A stretch of DNA of 64,000 nt from contig JBODTK010000147.1 in assembly GCA_050613775.1 (NCBI GenBank), positions 1 to 64,000 of the forward strand, given 5' to 3'. The position numbers were made by a program, and so were the translations under genes. Under the pieces are notes generated by a model that was not told the DNA's origin, did not search any database, and saw nothing but the letters and a program-made list of their open reading frames with translations. Source of the DNA: Neocallimastix sp. 'constans' (Eukaryota). This document shows, in pieces, positions 26,545-38,537 of the stretch; position 1 is the stretch's first letter, and the number at the start of each line of letters is the position of its first letter.

Positions 26545-27195
26545 CTATAAAAAGCAATATATGATTATCATAAGGATGTTCTTAACGTTTCCATATATGA
26601 TACTTCATGGCATAAACCATCTTCAAGTGATCCAGGATACAGAATTGGTATTTTCGATGACGCCTATTTTGCATTAAAAGATGACATTGGTACATACAGT
26701 GATAGATACAAAGAAGTATCTTTGTTATCAAATCAAGCAACTCATACCTTATTTGGTGGTGAATTTGGAGGCATTAATAATAAACCTAATGGTCAACAAA
26801 TCAGTACTGAAGCCTTTAAAACTCACACAAGTTATTTAAATGCCAGTTTTTATGAACCAACCATTGAAAAATTACAGAAAATAATATGTTCAAGTTCTTT
26901 TGGAAACCACAAAGGTATAAAAGAATATGAATATATTGAAAATCATCTTAGTTAGAGATATGTTGTAAGTAAAGTTCTTCTCACAACAGAAGCTGAAAGT
27001 AATGGCATGTTTGATACTGAAATTAGCATTAATAATATTGGATATGGTAATCTTATAAAGCCAAAATCACTTTATGTTATAATGATTGACAAAAATAACA
27101 AAGTATATTATCTAACTGATTCATTAAAAATTAGTAATAAAAATCCATATCAATGGTGGTCTATAGAAACAGCTGTAGTTAATATTGAAGGTGTT
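26545..27195 (+). pseudogene. Truncated inverted paralogue of the DUF4832-like gene
   Basis: Colinear with the reverse complement of about 16120-15470 (HKPSSSDPGYRIGIFDDAYFA...LSNQATHTLFGGEFG...ENHLS*RYVVSKVLL...AVVNIEG). There is an in-frame TAG at 26953-26955. The N-terminal ~260 codons and the entire C-terminal part are missing. Confidence 0.92.
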
Positions 27196-27359
27196 ATATA
27201 ATATAGAACTAATAATAAATAATATTTGATTTCACTAAATATAATTCAACTATCCTTATAAGGATTTTGTTATATAAATAGGATGGTTAGATTATTATAA
27301 CTATCAATTTTTTCATTTTTGAAAATAATTAATTATATTAAAATATTACACTATAAAAA

Positions 27360-27390
<31 letters not shown>

Positions 27391-27600
27391 AAGTATAATG
27401 AAAAACTTTTACTAGGTACAATAAAGCCATATATATTAAAAATAAAATCATAATATAATAATATTTGATTAGAATTTATGAAAATTAATTTATTAATAAA
27501 AAGAAAATTAATCACTCAAATGTACAAAAATCCCAACTATACAATTGGGTTCATAAAATAATATTTTATTAATTAATATTAAAATAATATAATTAAATTC

Positions 27601-27945
27601 GTATTAAAATTAGTATTTTTAGTTTACAATTTAATTAACATTTTAATTGATGCTATTGATTTAATTCAGCATATATTATAATTTTAAATATTAAATAGAA
27701 TATCACAAATAAATAGGATATATAATATATAATTTATATAGTTTATGATACAAATAATTTAGACTTAAAAAATTTTTTCTTTTTATTTCTATAAGCCTCT
27801 TCATATTAATAATATGAAAACATGTATTTAATGTATTGTATTCTCAATTAAATGTATTTTATATCTTTAAATATATTAAATTATGAATTATCAAAAAATA
27901 AGACTTTTACTTCAAATTAATAAAGTTAGTAGATAAATTTTTAAT
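27601..27945 (+). mobile_element. Diverged LTR copy (probably solo) of the 31232-33625 family, in opposite orientation
   Basis: Reverse-complement matches to that LTR: ATTAGTATTTTTAGTTT, AAATAAATAGGATAT, TATAAGCCTCTT, TATGAAAACATGTAT and AAAAATAAGACTTTTACTTCAAAT. Confidence 0.7.
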
Positions 27946-28339
27946 AAAATTATTAAACAGTGTAATTTCTATGTAAATAAAATAAACTACTTTAAGAACT
28001 TTAAAAAATTAAATAAAGAAAATTTATTTTTTTATTTATTTTAATAAAATATTAAATAAATGTATTTTATATTGATTATTTATATTATTTATATTACATA
28101 TTATTCATTTATTTTTTTTTCTATTTTTTAATATTAAATGTATTTATTATTTCACATTCCCCTTAATATTAATTTCTATTTGTATTTGTATAATAAACTA
28201 TTTCTCTAATTTTTGCATTTTATATTTATTTAAATATTTGTAAAACCATCTATTTTATTATTTTTTTATTACTTTCCCATATTAATTCTTTTACTTTTTG
28301 ATATTTAATGTCTATATGTTTTGATTTTGATTTATTGTA

Positions 28340-30390
28340 TTATTTTCATCATTATATATTGCTTTTTGGTTGACTATATACAACTTTGCACATTCACCTT
28401 TACTTTTTATTTCTCCCATAACGTTTCTATACCATAAAGCTTGTTTTGCACATTCACATAATAATAATATTCAGTTTCTTTGGCTGAAATAGCCACACAT
28501 TTTTGAAGCTTTGAGTATCAATTGGTTGGACCTGAACCCATAAAATAAATAAATCCCGGTAATAGACCTTCTTGTTTCTTTATCGTTAGTGTAATCTAAG
28601 TCTACATATATTTTTTAAATATTTTTTTCCAGTAAAATACCAAAATATTTGGATCCTTTTAAATATCTAAATATTTGTATTACATTTTTCCAATTTTTTA
28701 TCTTTGGTTCCTAACAATGTTGTGTTAACTTTATTCAAAGAAAATATAACATCTATTCTTGTACAAATAGTCAGATGTATTTAAACTTTTTACGGCTGAT
28801 CTATGAGTTATTGGATCGAACAATTCTTCATCATCATCTTCATTAGATAAATTTTGGTTCAGTAGTTCCTATTTCTTTACAATCTTTTGATTCAAATTTT
28901 TCCAACATGTCTTCCAGATATCTTTCTTGATGAAAAAAAAAAGGAAACCGATAGATATATTTTCTATTTTTATACCTATAATAAAATTTACTCAACCAAT
29001 ATCAGTTACATAATATTTTTTCCTTAAATTAGTCTTACTATCTTATGAATTTAGTCATCTTTATTAGTAATTAATAAATCATCAACATATATTCCTATGC
29101 ATATACAAGCTCATTACTATTTTTTCTTGATAAAAATAAATGATTAAATGATTTAAAATAACTGATTTAAAAATAACTGATTTAAAATTTCTTTATTTTT
29201 ATCTTTTATTTTTTTAAAAAATAAATACCCCTTAGTCATCAATATTTTTTCCTTCACATTTGTTAAGGTAAATATCTTTATTAACATTTCTATTTAAAAT
29301 AATTTCATCTTTATTTTTAATTGATTTATCCTTTTCATTAGTAATATTTATATTATTTTTTAATATTGTTATCTTCTCTTTTATTGTTTCGTTAGTTTAT
29401 TTAATTTTCTCCTGAGTCACCTGTCTTATTTATTTCTTCTAATGGAAGCGTATTTGTGCATTATGGTGTTTTATCAGCAATATTTATATTCTCAAGTTTC
29501 TCTTCTGTCATCTTAAATTTATTTTTTTTAAAGATATTCTTTAACTTTTTTGCCTAATGAAGGACTTTTCTTCTTATTCTTTATTTTTCGTTTTGGATCA
29601 TTACTTGAATTTTTTAAAATATCTTGCATATTTGAATCTCTAATTTCTTATATTCCGCTCCTATACTATTATTATCTCTTTAACTTTTGTTCTCTTTAAT
29701 GATTATCTTCTTAAAGACCTTTCTTTTTCTCCTTGTTTTGTTTTCTTGGATATTTTTAATTGTATCATTCCAGTTGTAGTAGTTTCTTTCTTCTAGGTTA
29801 TTCATTAGTATTTTTTTGGGGGGGAGGGGGCTTTCTTCAATATTTTCTTCTTCAATCTCTCCATTTTCAATTCTTCAAATCTCAGATACATAGTCATAAA
29901 CAAGTTAGCTGGTTGATCTTCAAGAAATTTCACAACTCTTTTGAAATAAACTTTCATTTTATCTTCAATAAAGTTTTTGTATCCTTTTGAATTTTCATTA
30001 TAAATAGTAAAAATTGCTTTTCTTGAATTACTTTCAAAATTTCTTGAATTAACCTCATACTAATAGACTTTCCATGAAAATATATGTAGTTTACTTTTAT
30101 CTACTTTTTTTATTATAGGACACTTCGAATGGGATCTTCATGTCATTTTCCTTGATGAGGAATTCTATTGTGAATATAATTTAGCAGTTCTTATATCACA
30201 TATTTCCAAAATTTTCTGTAAAGTTGTATATTAATTAATATTGTAGTAGCGATTTGCATGAGGATTCCTTTTTAATCTTTATATATCATGTGTTAAAAAA
30301 GGATAGTTTAGCTTATAATATTTGTTATGACAAGTTAAATAATTCCAATAAAGATGACTTGGTAAATACAACTTTTAATTATAATTTTAA
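28340..30390 (-). mobile_element. Decayed Ty1/copia pol remnant (integrase, RT, RNase H)
   Basis: Minus-strand IGIYVDDLLI (about 29070-29100, RT YVDD motif) and YSKLQKCVAISAKETEYY (about 28465-28520, copia RNase H), with weak integrase-like traces near 30100-30370. Riddled with stops. Its own LTRs could not be identified. Confidence 0.8.
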
Positions 30391-30424
30391 TTCTTAAAGG
30401 TTAGAAAAAAAATAAATTTAATTT

Positions 30425-30832
30425 TGATACAAATCTCAATATTTGTTTATTTATTTTCATTATTAATTTGAAGCAAAAAGGCTTATTTTTTAAGAATACA
30501 TAATTTAATGCTATTTATACATATAAAATACATTTAATGGATTATACATATTTTAATACATTAAATACATCGTTTCATATTAACTATATAAAAAGAGGCT
30601 TATAAAAATAAAAAAATTTTAAAACTATATATAAACTATATATATTCATATAATATATCCTATTTATTTACAATAAACTATTTAATATTTTAAAATTATA
30701 ATAAAAGTTGTAATAAAATAAAAATATTAATTAAAGTGTTAATTATATTTAAAAACTAAAAATACTAAATTTCTAACATTCCCCCCTAAACAAAGTATTG
30801 TAAAATCTTACTAAGAAAATTTGTAATTTTTT
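30425..30832 (-). mobile_element. LTR (30425-30778) with polypurine tract and a short internal stub; truncated 3' end of the gag-only family
   Basis: TGATACAAATCTC...TTCTAACA (TG...CA termini) is followed by TTCCCCCCT (minus-strand PPT) and AAACAAAGTATTGTAAAATCTT, as at 31571-31602. Confidence 0.88.
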
Positions 30833-31939
30833 AATGAGAATCGTGTATTTGGCAATGTTGCGTATAATATTTTTAAAATAAAGCCATACATTTTCAAGAT
30901 ATTCTATACAATCATAAATAAATATATAAATAATTATTATTTTAAAAGAAATAATAATATATTTTTTCAATTAAATATTATTAAATAACTATTCCAAAGA
31001 AATAATATATTCTATTAAAAAAGAATTATAAAATATTATTTTTATAATTGAATATTAATAAATTATATATATAAAAAAAAGAATATTTATTATTTATTTA
31101 ATTATTATTTATTTTATTTAAAACAAGCCACATACAAAAATGCACTAGATTCATTTATCTATTTAAAATTTTAACCTTTTAAAAAAAATTTATTTAAAAT
31201 AAAAAAAAATGTAATCCAACTTAATGATTATTGATAAAAATCTCAATATTTGTTTATTTATTAACTTTATTTATTTGAAGCAAAAAGGCTTATTTTTTAA
31301 GAATACATAATTTAATGCTATTTATACATATATAATATATTTAATGAATTATACATATTTTAATACATTATATACATGTTTTCATATTAACTATATAAAA
31401 AGAGGCTTATAAAAATAAAAAATTTTTAAAACTATATTCATATAATATATCCTATTTATTTATAATAAACTATTTAATATTTTAAAATTATAATAAAAAT
31501 TGTAATAAAATAAAAATATTAATAAAAGTGTTAATTATATTTATAAACTAAAAATACTAATTTTCTAACATTCTCCCCGAAACAAAGTATTGTAAAATCT
31601 TTGTTTACTAAGAAAATTTGCTATTTTTTTAAAATTTTTATATCCTTATTAATTTGCTAATTAGTTCTTATTTATCTGTAGTAGTACAACCTAAATTTTT
31701 CTCAGCTAACGAATCAGATTTAAATTCAAACTCATGTACATTATAATTAAATTTCAAATTTTGCTCATTCGTATTAATTTTTGATTTTTGATCAATTTTT
31801 GACAAATTTTTATTATTAAAAAATTTTTTTCTGAAAAAATTTTTTTCATCATATTTTTATAATTTTCACCAGTTTTCGCCTAAACTCTTTTTGTATATAT
31901 TTTTATTAGTTTTATTTCCTGGACTATCGTAATCAATAT

Positions 31940-32901
31940 TTAAATATTATAATATTGAGTAATTATTTTCATATATTTTTGATAATTTTCATAATAACCA
32001 GTATCAAAATTCATAACTTGTAAATAATCTTTAATAATTTTATGGATGGTATTGTTCTTTTTGTTGATTTCATTCAAACACTTTAATAATTTGTTCAATT
32101 TACATTTTGTTTTATTTATTTTATCTAGAAATGATTCAACTATACATTTATCTATCATAACAGGTTGTTTATTTTCATTATTTTGGTAACTATTTGAAAC
32201 ATTATTATTATTCATACTTGTTATCTCCTTATTATTATTCATATCTATATCTTTGTAGTTACTAATATTATATTTATTACCATCATAAATATCATTAATA
32301 AGATAATTATTTAAATTATAATTAGTATTATTCTCTTTTTGAAAAATATTCGTGTTTTCTGTTTTATTCGGTGTGTTATTGGTTTTAAATTTGCTATTTC
32401 TATTACTATTATTATAATAGTTTGTATCATAATTGATTTGTCTTTTATCATTGATTGTTTCAAATTCTAAATATTGTTTATCATTATTATCTTCTGAAGT
32501 AGTGTTTATTTCACATAAATTTATTTCTATGATACTACTTTCAGGTTCAATTAAATTTGTTTCCTTGATACTTTTTTCAAGGTCTTCTTCTTTACTTCTA
32601 ATAAAGGATTTTATTTTTGTATCAACAGATTTTCTTAAAAAGCTCAAAACTTTAAAGTTGTTCATTTTATGTTCCTTAATTTTATCTTCACCTTCTTTAG
32701 ATAAGATATCATTTTCCTTTTATCTTTGTTTGTATATTTCTCCTTTACTTCTTTTATTATATCTTCTATGTTCTTTTCAACGTACTCACATAATCCAAGG
32801 CCTTGGAGTTCGAGGATAAAGTCTTTGTGCCATTCATCGTAATTGTTTTCAGTTAGGACATATTCCATCCGATTAAAAGCTATTCTAGTTGTTCCGGTCA
32901 C
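31940..32901 (-). pseudogene. gag: Frameshifted copia-type gag-like ORF
   Basis: LTENNYDEWHKDFILELQGLGLCEYV matches the copia Gag N-terminal pattern (L..NY..W...L...GL..YV). It continues after a frameshift into the 241-aa ORF 31940-32665. Confidence 0.65.
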
Positions 32902-33099
32902 CTTATAAATGTACTTATATATTGCTAATATTATTTAATCAATTTGTTTATTAATTACAAATTACTAATTGCTATTTCTAATTACTAATTACTAAATTAT
33001 ATAAGAAACATTTAAACACTAATTACCTAATTCTAATATGTTTCTTATTTACGTATGTATGTATTCAAGTGTTGTTAATCTTTAATAACCTAATTACAC

Positions 33100-33200
33100 T
33101 AAGTTGCTAAGTTACTAAATTACTAAATTGCTAAGTTACTAAATTACTAAATTGCTAAATTACTAAATTACTAAATTACTAAGTTACTAAATTACTAAAT
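33100..33200. repeat. 8-bp tandem repeat (ACTAAATT variants) in the leader of the gag-only element
   Basis: About 12 copies of TT(A/G)CTAA(A/G). Confidence 0.8.
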
Positions 33201-34478
33201 TTTCTAATTAACTAAGTATTCTAAATTTCTACACAAACTTATAGAGTCAAATGAGACTTTTAATCTAATAAAAATCTCAATATTTGTTTTTTTTTATAAA
33301 CTTTATTTATTTGAAGCAAAAAGACTTATTTTTTATGAATATATAATTTAATACTATTTATACATGTAAAATACATTCAATGGATCATCCATATTTTTAT
33401 ACATTAATTACATGTTTTCATATTAACTATATAAAAAGAGGCTTATGAAAATAAAAAATTTTTTAAAACTATATTCATAAACAATATAAACTATATATTA
33501 ATATAATATATCTTATTTATTTATAATAAACTATTTAATATTTATATTATAATAAAAGTTGTAATAAAATAAAAATATTAATTAAAGTGTTAAATTTATA
33601 AACTAAAAATACTAATTTTCTAATAAATATTTATCTTTTATAAACTTTAACCTTTTTTAAAATAAATTTATTTAGTATAAAATATATATATATATATAAT
33701 CCAACATAATGATTATTTATTTATTAATGTATACAAAATACAAAAACGCTTTCAAAAGAATATTTTTTTAATAATTATTTTAAAGAAACTTTTTTATTTT
33801 ATATTATTAGCATATAAAATTTTATTTAATCATTTTTAAATACTGTATTATAACTGTTAAAATCAAAGTTAAGTTTGGTTTATTTAGGATAATAATCTTA
33901 GGAAGCTTAATGATTAGAAATTTTTAACAACTATTTCTATTTTACATCAAATATAATATTTCATATATATTGTTATCTAATAACTATTTTTTATTAAACA
34001 TATTCTAATTCATGGTTTTTAAATAAAACAATATATTCTAATATTAAACTATCATATAAAATACTACTACACTAATATTAGTATTAATAATGACTAAAGT
34101 TAATCATATAATTATTTAAATATATTATTATTTACTATTTGTATTTATTTTAATTTTGTTTTGTTTTAAGAATATCTTAAGACTATCACAAAAACTAATT
34201 TATAAAATTTTAAAAATATAAAAAAAAATACTAAAAATATATATTTATTAGTAATTATTATAATAAAAATAATACTTAATAATATTTTAATAAAAAAATA
34301 TTTTTCTTATAATATAAGATGGATTAAAGTATTTGAAATATTCTAGAATTAAGAATAATTTTAATTGATTTAAGATGAATTATTTATTTTTTTTTTGAAT
34401 CATAAATAATTATATATATAATTAATTGAATCCGTCCCATGTAACAGAAAATTAGTACTCATTTTCAAATGATTATAA

Positions 34479-34769
<291 letters not shown>

Positions 34770-35470
34770 ATTCAAGTTAGGAGCATGATATTAATACCAA
34801 AAAAAAAAAATGTAGTTTAATCAGAGTACTTTCTGAAACGTTATTCAAAATCACTGTAGGGCCCATGAGAGCAAGATTTTGAAAATTTTTTCGACATGAT
34901 CCTTTTTTAATTAATTTAAACACTATTTTTAATTGAATTTTTTTGATTAATTATTTTTGTCATACGCTTGCATAATACCGAAAAATTATTAATTAATACA
35001 ATTTTATTTAATAAATATAGTTGATTTGGAGTGTTTTATTGAAAGTGGTTTTAGGTGATTATAAAAATGAATTGGGATCACCTTATTGGACATCATGTTT
35101 CAATGGCTTAGAATACTTCAGGCTTTCTTTTTTTTAATGATAAGAACCCAACTCCATTAACTGTAATCATTTCAAGTAGTTATAAATAGCAGATACTCTA
35201 AATTGAGGTACCGGTTCATAAATTTTTCTTAAAAGTATTTTGAATTCTACCATATGGTTCTTTTTTTTTTTTTTTATCTTTTTTTAATTTATATATATTA
35301 CGATTTAAATTTAAAAAAAAAAAAAAGTACATCAAGAAACCTTCATCTTAGAATATAATTAAAATTGAAAATAATTATAAATCAATCTATATAAGTTGAA
35401 TTAACAGAACTTTTATTTTTAAATAAAAGTATAGAAAAAAAAGAAAAAAAAATTAAATAATAACAATAAT

Positions 35471-35513
<43 letters not shown>

Positions 35514-35819
35514 ATTTTCTATCATTTTAATTTTAAATAGCATTTTTTGGAATGAATATTACTTTTTTTTTTTTTTCTTTTGTTAAAATAATATAAATTT
35601 ATTAATTATTTAATAAAAAAATTAAATTTTAATATTTTACAATCTTTTATATAAATAATACAAATTCGTTTTTTTTTTTTTTAATATATACAAATTATCA
35701 AAAAAAAAAAAATATTATCACTTATTATATTCATTAAATATTATTTATATATCTAAATAGTTTAAAGTAATTTTTTTTTTTTTTCTGAAAATTTAAATTA
35801 ATATTTATGTCTTTTTTAA

Positions 35820-36033
35820 TTAATTATCCGAGCATTTGGCATTAACACAATTAATTTCCAAAATATTTCTTGGTTCTAAATTCACCGTTTCACTTTTTTC
35901 CACAACTTTATAAGTAGATTTATCAATATAAACATTTTTTAAACCATTTTTATCTATTTTTTTTTATTATAATTATTATTATTAAATTTTTTTTCTTAGT
36001 GTTAGAACTTTTTTAAATATAAAAATTTTTATA

Positions 36034-36066
<33 letters not shown>

Positions 36067-37135
36067 AATTAATATTATTATTATTATTATTATTACTACA
36101 ATTAAAAGAAATTATTTAGGTATTACTTACAATTAGGATTGAGAGTAATGACTTTATTTTTGATATTAATTAATGCATAGTTCTCACCTTCATCAAGATT
36201 AAATATATTGTCACTATTTTTCTTAATTATATAATTTTCTGAAATATTATTATTCGTTAAATCAACTGAAATAGCCTCTGGTTGTAATGAAGAGGTATCA
36301 TCATCATAATTAAGACAAAGTGATATTATATCTGAAGAATTTTTTGAATATAATTTGCCAATATGTTGTTCATCACATTGATTATCATCCTTCGTTAGAT
36401 TTTCTTTGATACAATAGAACCCATTAACATTATCTAATTTACATGTATAAATAGTATTTTTATCTACAACATAATAACCAATTTTATTAATCTCATCACA
36501 GGCTTTATTTTCTTCACTACAGTAAAATAATGTTCCTTGGGTAGATGAAATTTCATAATTTGATTTATCAATAAGATAGTAACTATTTAATAAACCTTTA
36601 TATTTAATATTTAAATATACAAAATATTATTTTTTTTAAAAAAAAAAAAATAGTTTATAGTATATAGGTATAAAAGATTATCATTAAAAAAAAAATGATA
36701 ATATTAATTACTTTTTTTCTTTATATTTCCAATCTTAATATTTTTATGATACTTACAATTTCTTCCATTATAAACATTACAGTCTTTTAATTAAATAAAA
36801 AAAAATTTTTTTGTAAAATTTTAAATAGTAAATATATTAATTATTAGATGTCTATATTTTGATATTTCTTTTTTTTTTTTTTTTTTTGAATGAAAAAAAA
36901 ATATATATATATAACTTATATATATACCTAAACTTATTACTGCAGATTTAATTTTATTAATAAGAATTAAACCCAAAAGACTTTTTGTAGATATTAATTT
37001 AAAAATTTAAAACAATATTAATCATTAACATTTTAATGGAGGATATTATTCTAATTTTCTTTATCTATTTATATTTAAATAATATTTTAATTTTTTTTTT
37101 TTCTTTTTAACTTACCTAATAAAATTGAACTTCAT
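35820..37135 (-). CDS. Small secreted Cys-containing scaffoldin-like protein, 232 aa. Exons 37135-37116, 36980-36928, 36783-36757, 36595-36131, 35953-35820
   Basis: All four introns are GT..AG with consistent phases (699 nt spliced). Protein: MKFNFISLLGLILINKIKSAVISLDCNVYNGRNCLLNSYYLIDK...GTLFYCSEENKACDEINKIGYYVVDKNTIYTC...QCDEQHIGKLY...SLCL...NYALINIKNKVITLNPNYKNGLKNVYIDKSTYKVV...ILEINCVNAKCSDN*. The GYY, LxxC and C..IGKL motifs resemble anaerobic-fungal scaffoldin repeats. The gene structure is better supported than the functional call. Confidence 0.82.
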
Positions 37136-37294
37136 TATTACTAATACTTTTTTATAAATACCTTTTTTTTTTATCCTTTATATTACTAAATTTAAAATTA
37201 TGTTTTAAATATATTTATATTTTTTTTTATTTTTTTATTTTTTATATTTATAAAAACATTTTTTATTATTTAATATTTCATTAGTTATAGTCTT

Positions 37295-37325
<31 letters not shown>

Positions 37326-37928
37326 AAAATTTATCTTATTATTAAAAAATTTAACAACTATATAAACTAATTTTTATTTCAATTTTTATTATTAAATATG
37401 ATTTTTATGTTAAGGAATAAAAAGTTTTTTAAAGTTAAATTAATATTTCATTAGGTGTTATTGAAATCTCATTAATTTATAATCTTAATCATTAAATTGA
37501 AACATAATTTAAGAATTTCTCAAAGTGAAACAGATAATATATTTTAAAAAAAAAAATTTTTTTATATAGTATGAATTAAGGATATGTACTGTTATTAAAT
37601 GATCTGTTTTATTATATAATATATATTATTAATCATTTTATAAGATTATTTATTATTAAATAAAATAGTTTAATATTTTAGTAAAAAAAAAAAAAAAAAA
37701 AAGTAATTATTAAGAGATTAAAAAGTAATTATAAAATTATAACAGTTATATCATGTATTTTATATGAGAAATTAAAAAAAATAATATCTTATATATATAT
37801 ATATTAAATGGATGAAAAATTGTTTTAAAGAAAAAGTTTTTTTTTTTCAATTTTTAAATTAATTTGTATGCTGGGTTAAAATTTAAAAAATTAAATATTT
37901 AATATAAAATAATTATTTTTGATTTAAA

Positions 37929-37965
<37 letters not shown>

Positions 37966-38213
37966 AAGTAATAAAAATATAAATATTATAGAAAATATTT
38001 ATTTTAATTTTAATGAGGTAATTTTTATTCTTATTAATAATAAATAAAAAAAAACTATAGTTTTTATTTTTATCACCATTAATATTAAAATTATTATTAT
38101 ATTAACAATTTTTAAACATATATTTTTAATAAAATATTATATAATTAAAAGTTAATATTATTTAACTTAAATTTATTAATAATAATTAAATTCAATATGT
38201 TTATATTTTTATT

Positions 38214-38504
38214 TGTTAAGGAATCAATATAAGATATGATGTGTACACTACAAAATGTATTATTATTCAATTAATTTTTATTATTATTTATTAATTTATA
38301 TGATTTAATAAAGTATTTAAAAAAGACTCAAAATATTAATTTCATAAAAAAAATTCTTTTTATATTTTACATACAAATTATTACATAATCAAATATTATA
38401 AATATTTATAATACTTTAATGTACAAAAATTTAAATATTATGTTGAACTTTTACTATTCCCCCTACATTAAGTATTATATAATATTTTAATTATTATATA
38501 CAAG

Positions 38505-38537
<33 letters not shown>

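Larger units (their letters stand above)
18060..26555. repeat. Complex direct plus inverted segmental duplication of the upstream region of the DUF4832-like gene
   Basis: About 18060-20450 is repeated directly at about 22270-23980. About 23100-23980 is repeated inverted at about 25440-26300 (e.g. AAATTTTCCGAACAAATTTTAATTAAA versus TTTAATTAAAATTTGTTCGGAAAATTT). About 22140-22250 is an inverted copy of the 19030-19600 flank. About 26310-26555 is an inverted copy of about 17110-17330. Confidence 0.75.
31232..33625 (-). mobile_element. Non-autonomous gag-only LTR retroelement, about 2.4 kb; LTRs at 31232-31570 and 33266-33625
   Basis: Two direct repeats of about 340-360 bp. PPT (TTCTCCCC on the + strand) lies next to the 3' LTR, and a PBS-like GATTAAAAGTCTCAT next to the 5' LTR. 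Flanks ATTAT / AATAT (5-bp TSD, one mismatch). Internal gag-like ORFs, with no pol motifs seen. Confidence 0.85.

Noticed and set aside
26722..27201. Two independent small genes (77 aa and 64 aa)
   Set aside because: They are consecutive pieces of one pseudogene, split by a nonsense mutation.
33241..33268. tRNA-Lys gene
   Set aside because: Only D-arm and anticodon-arm-like sequence is present, with no acceptor stem or T-arm. It is better explained as a retroelement PBS.
34820..35260. Moderately GC-richer patch after the (TTA)n tract
   Set aside because: No ORF, terminal repeats or motif that I could identify.
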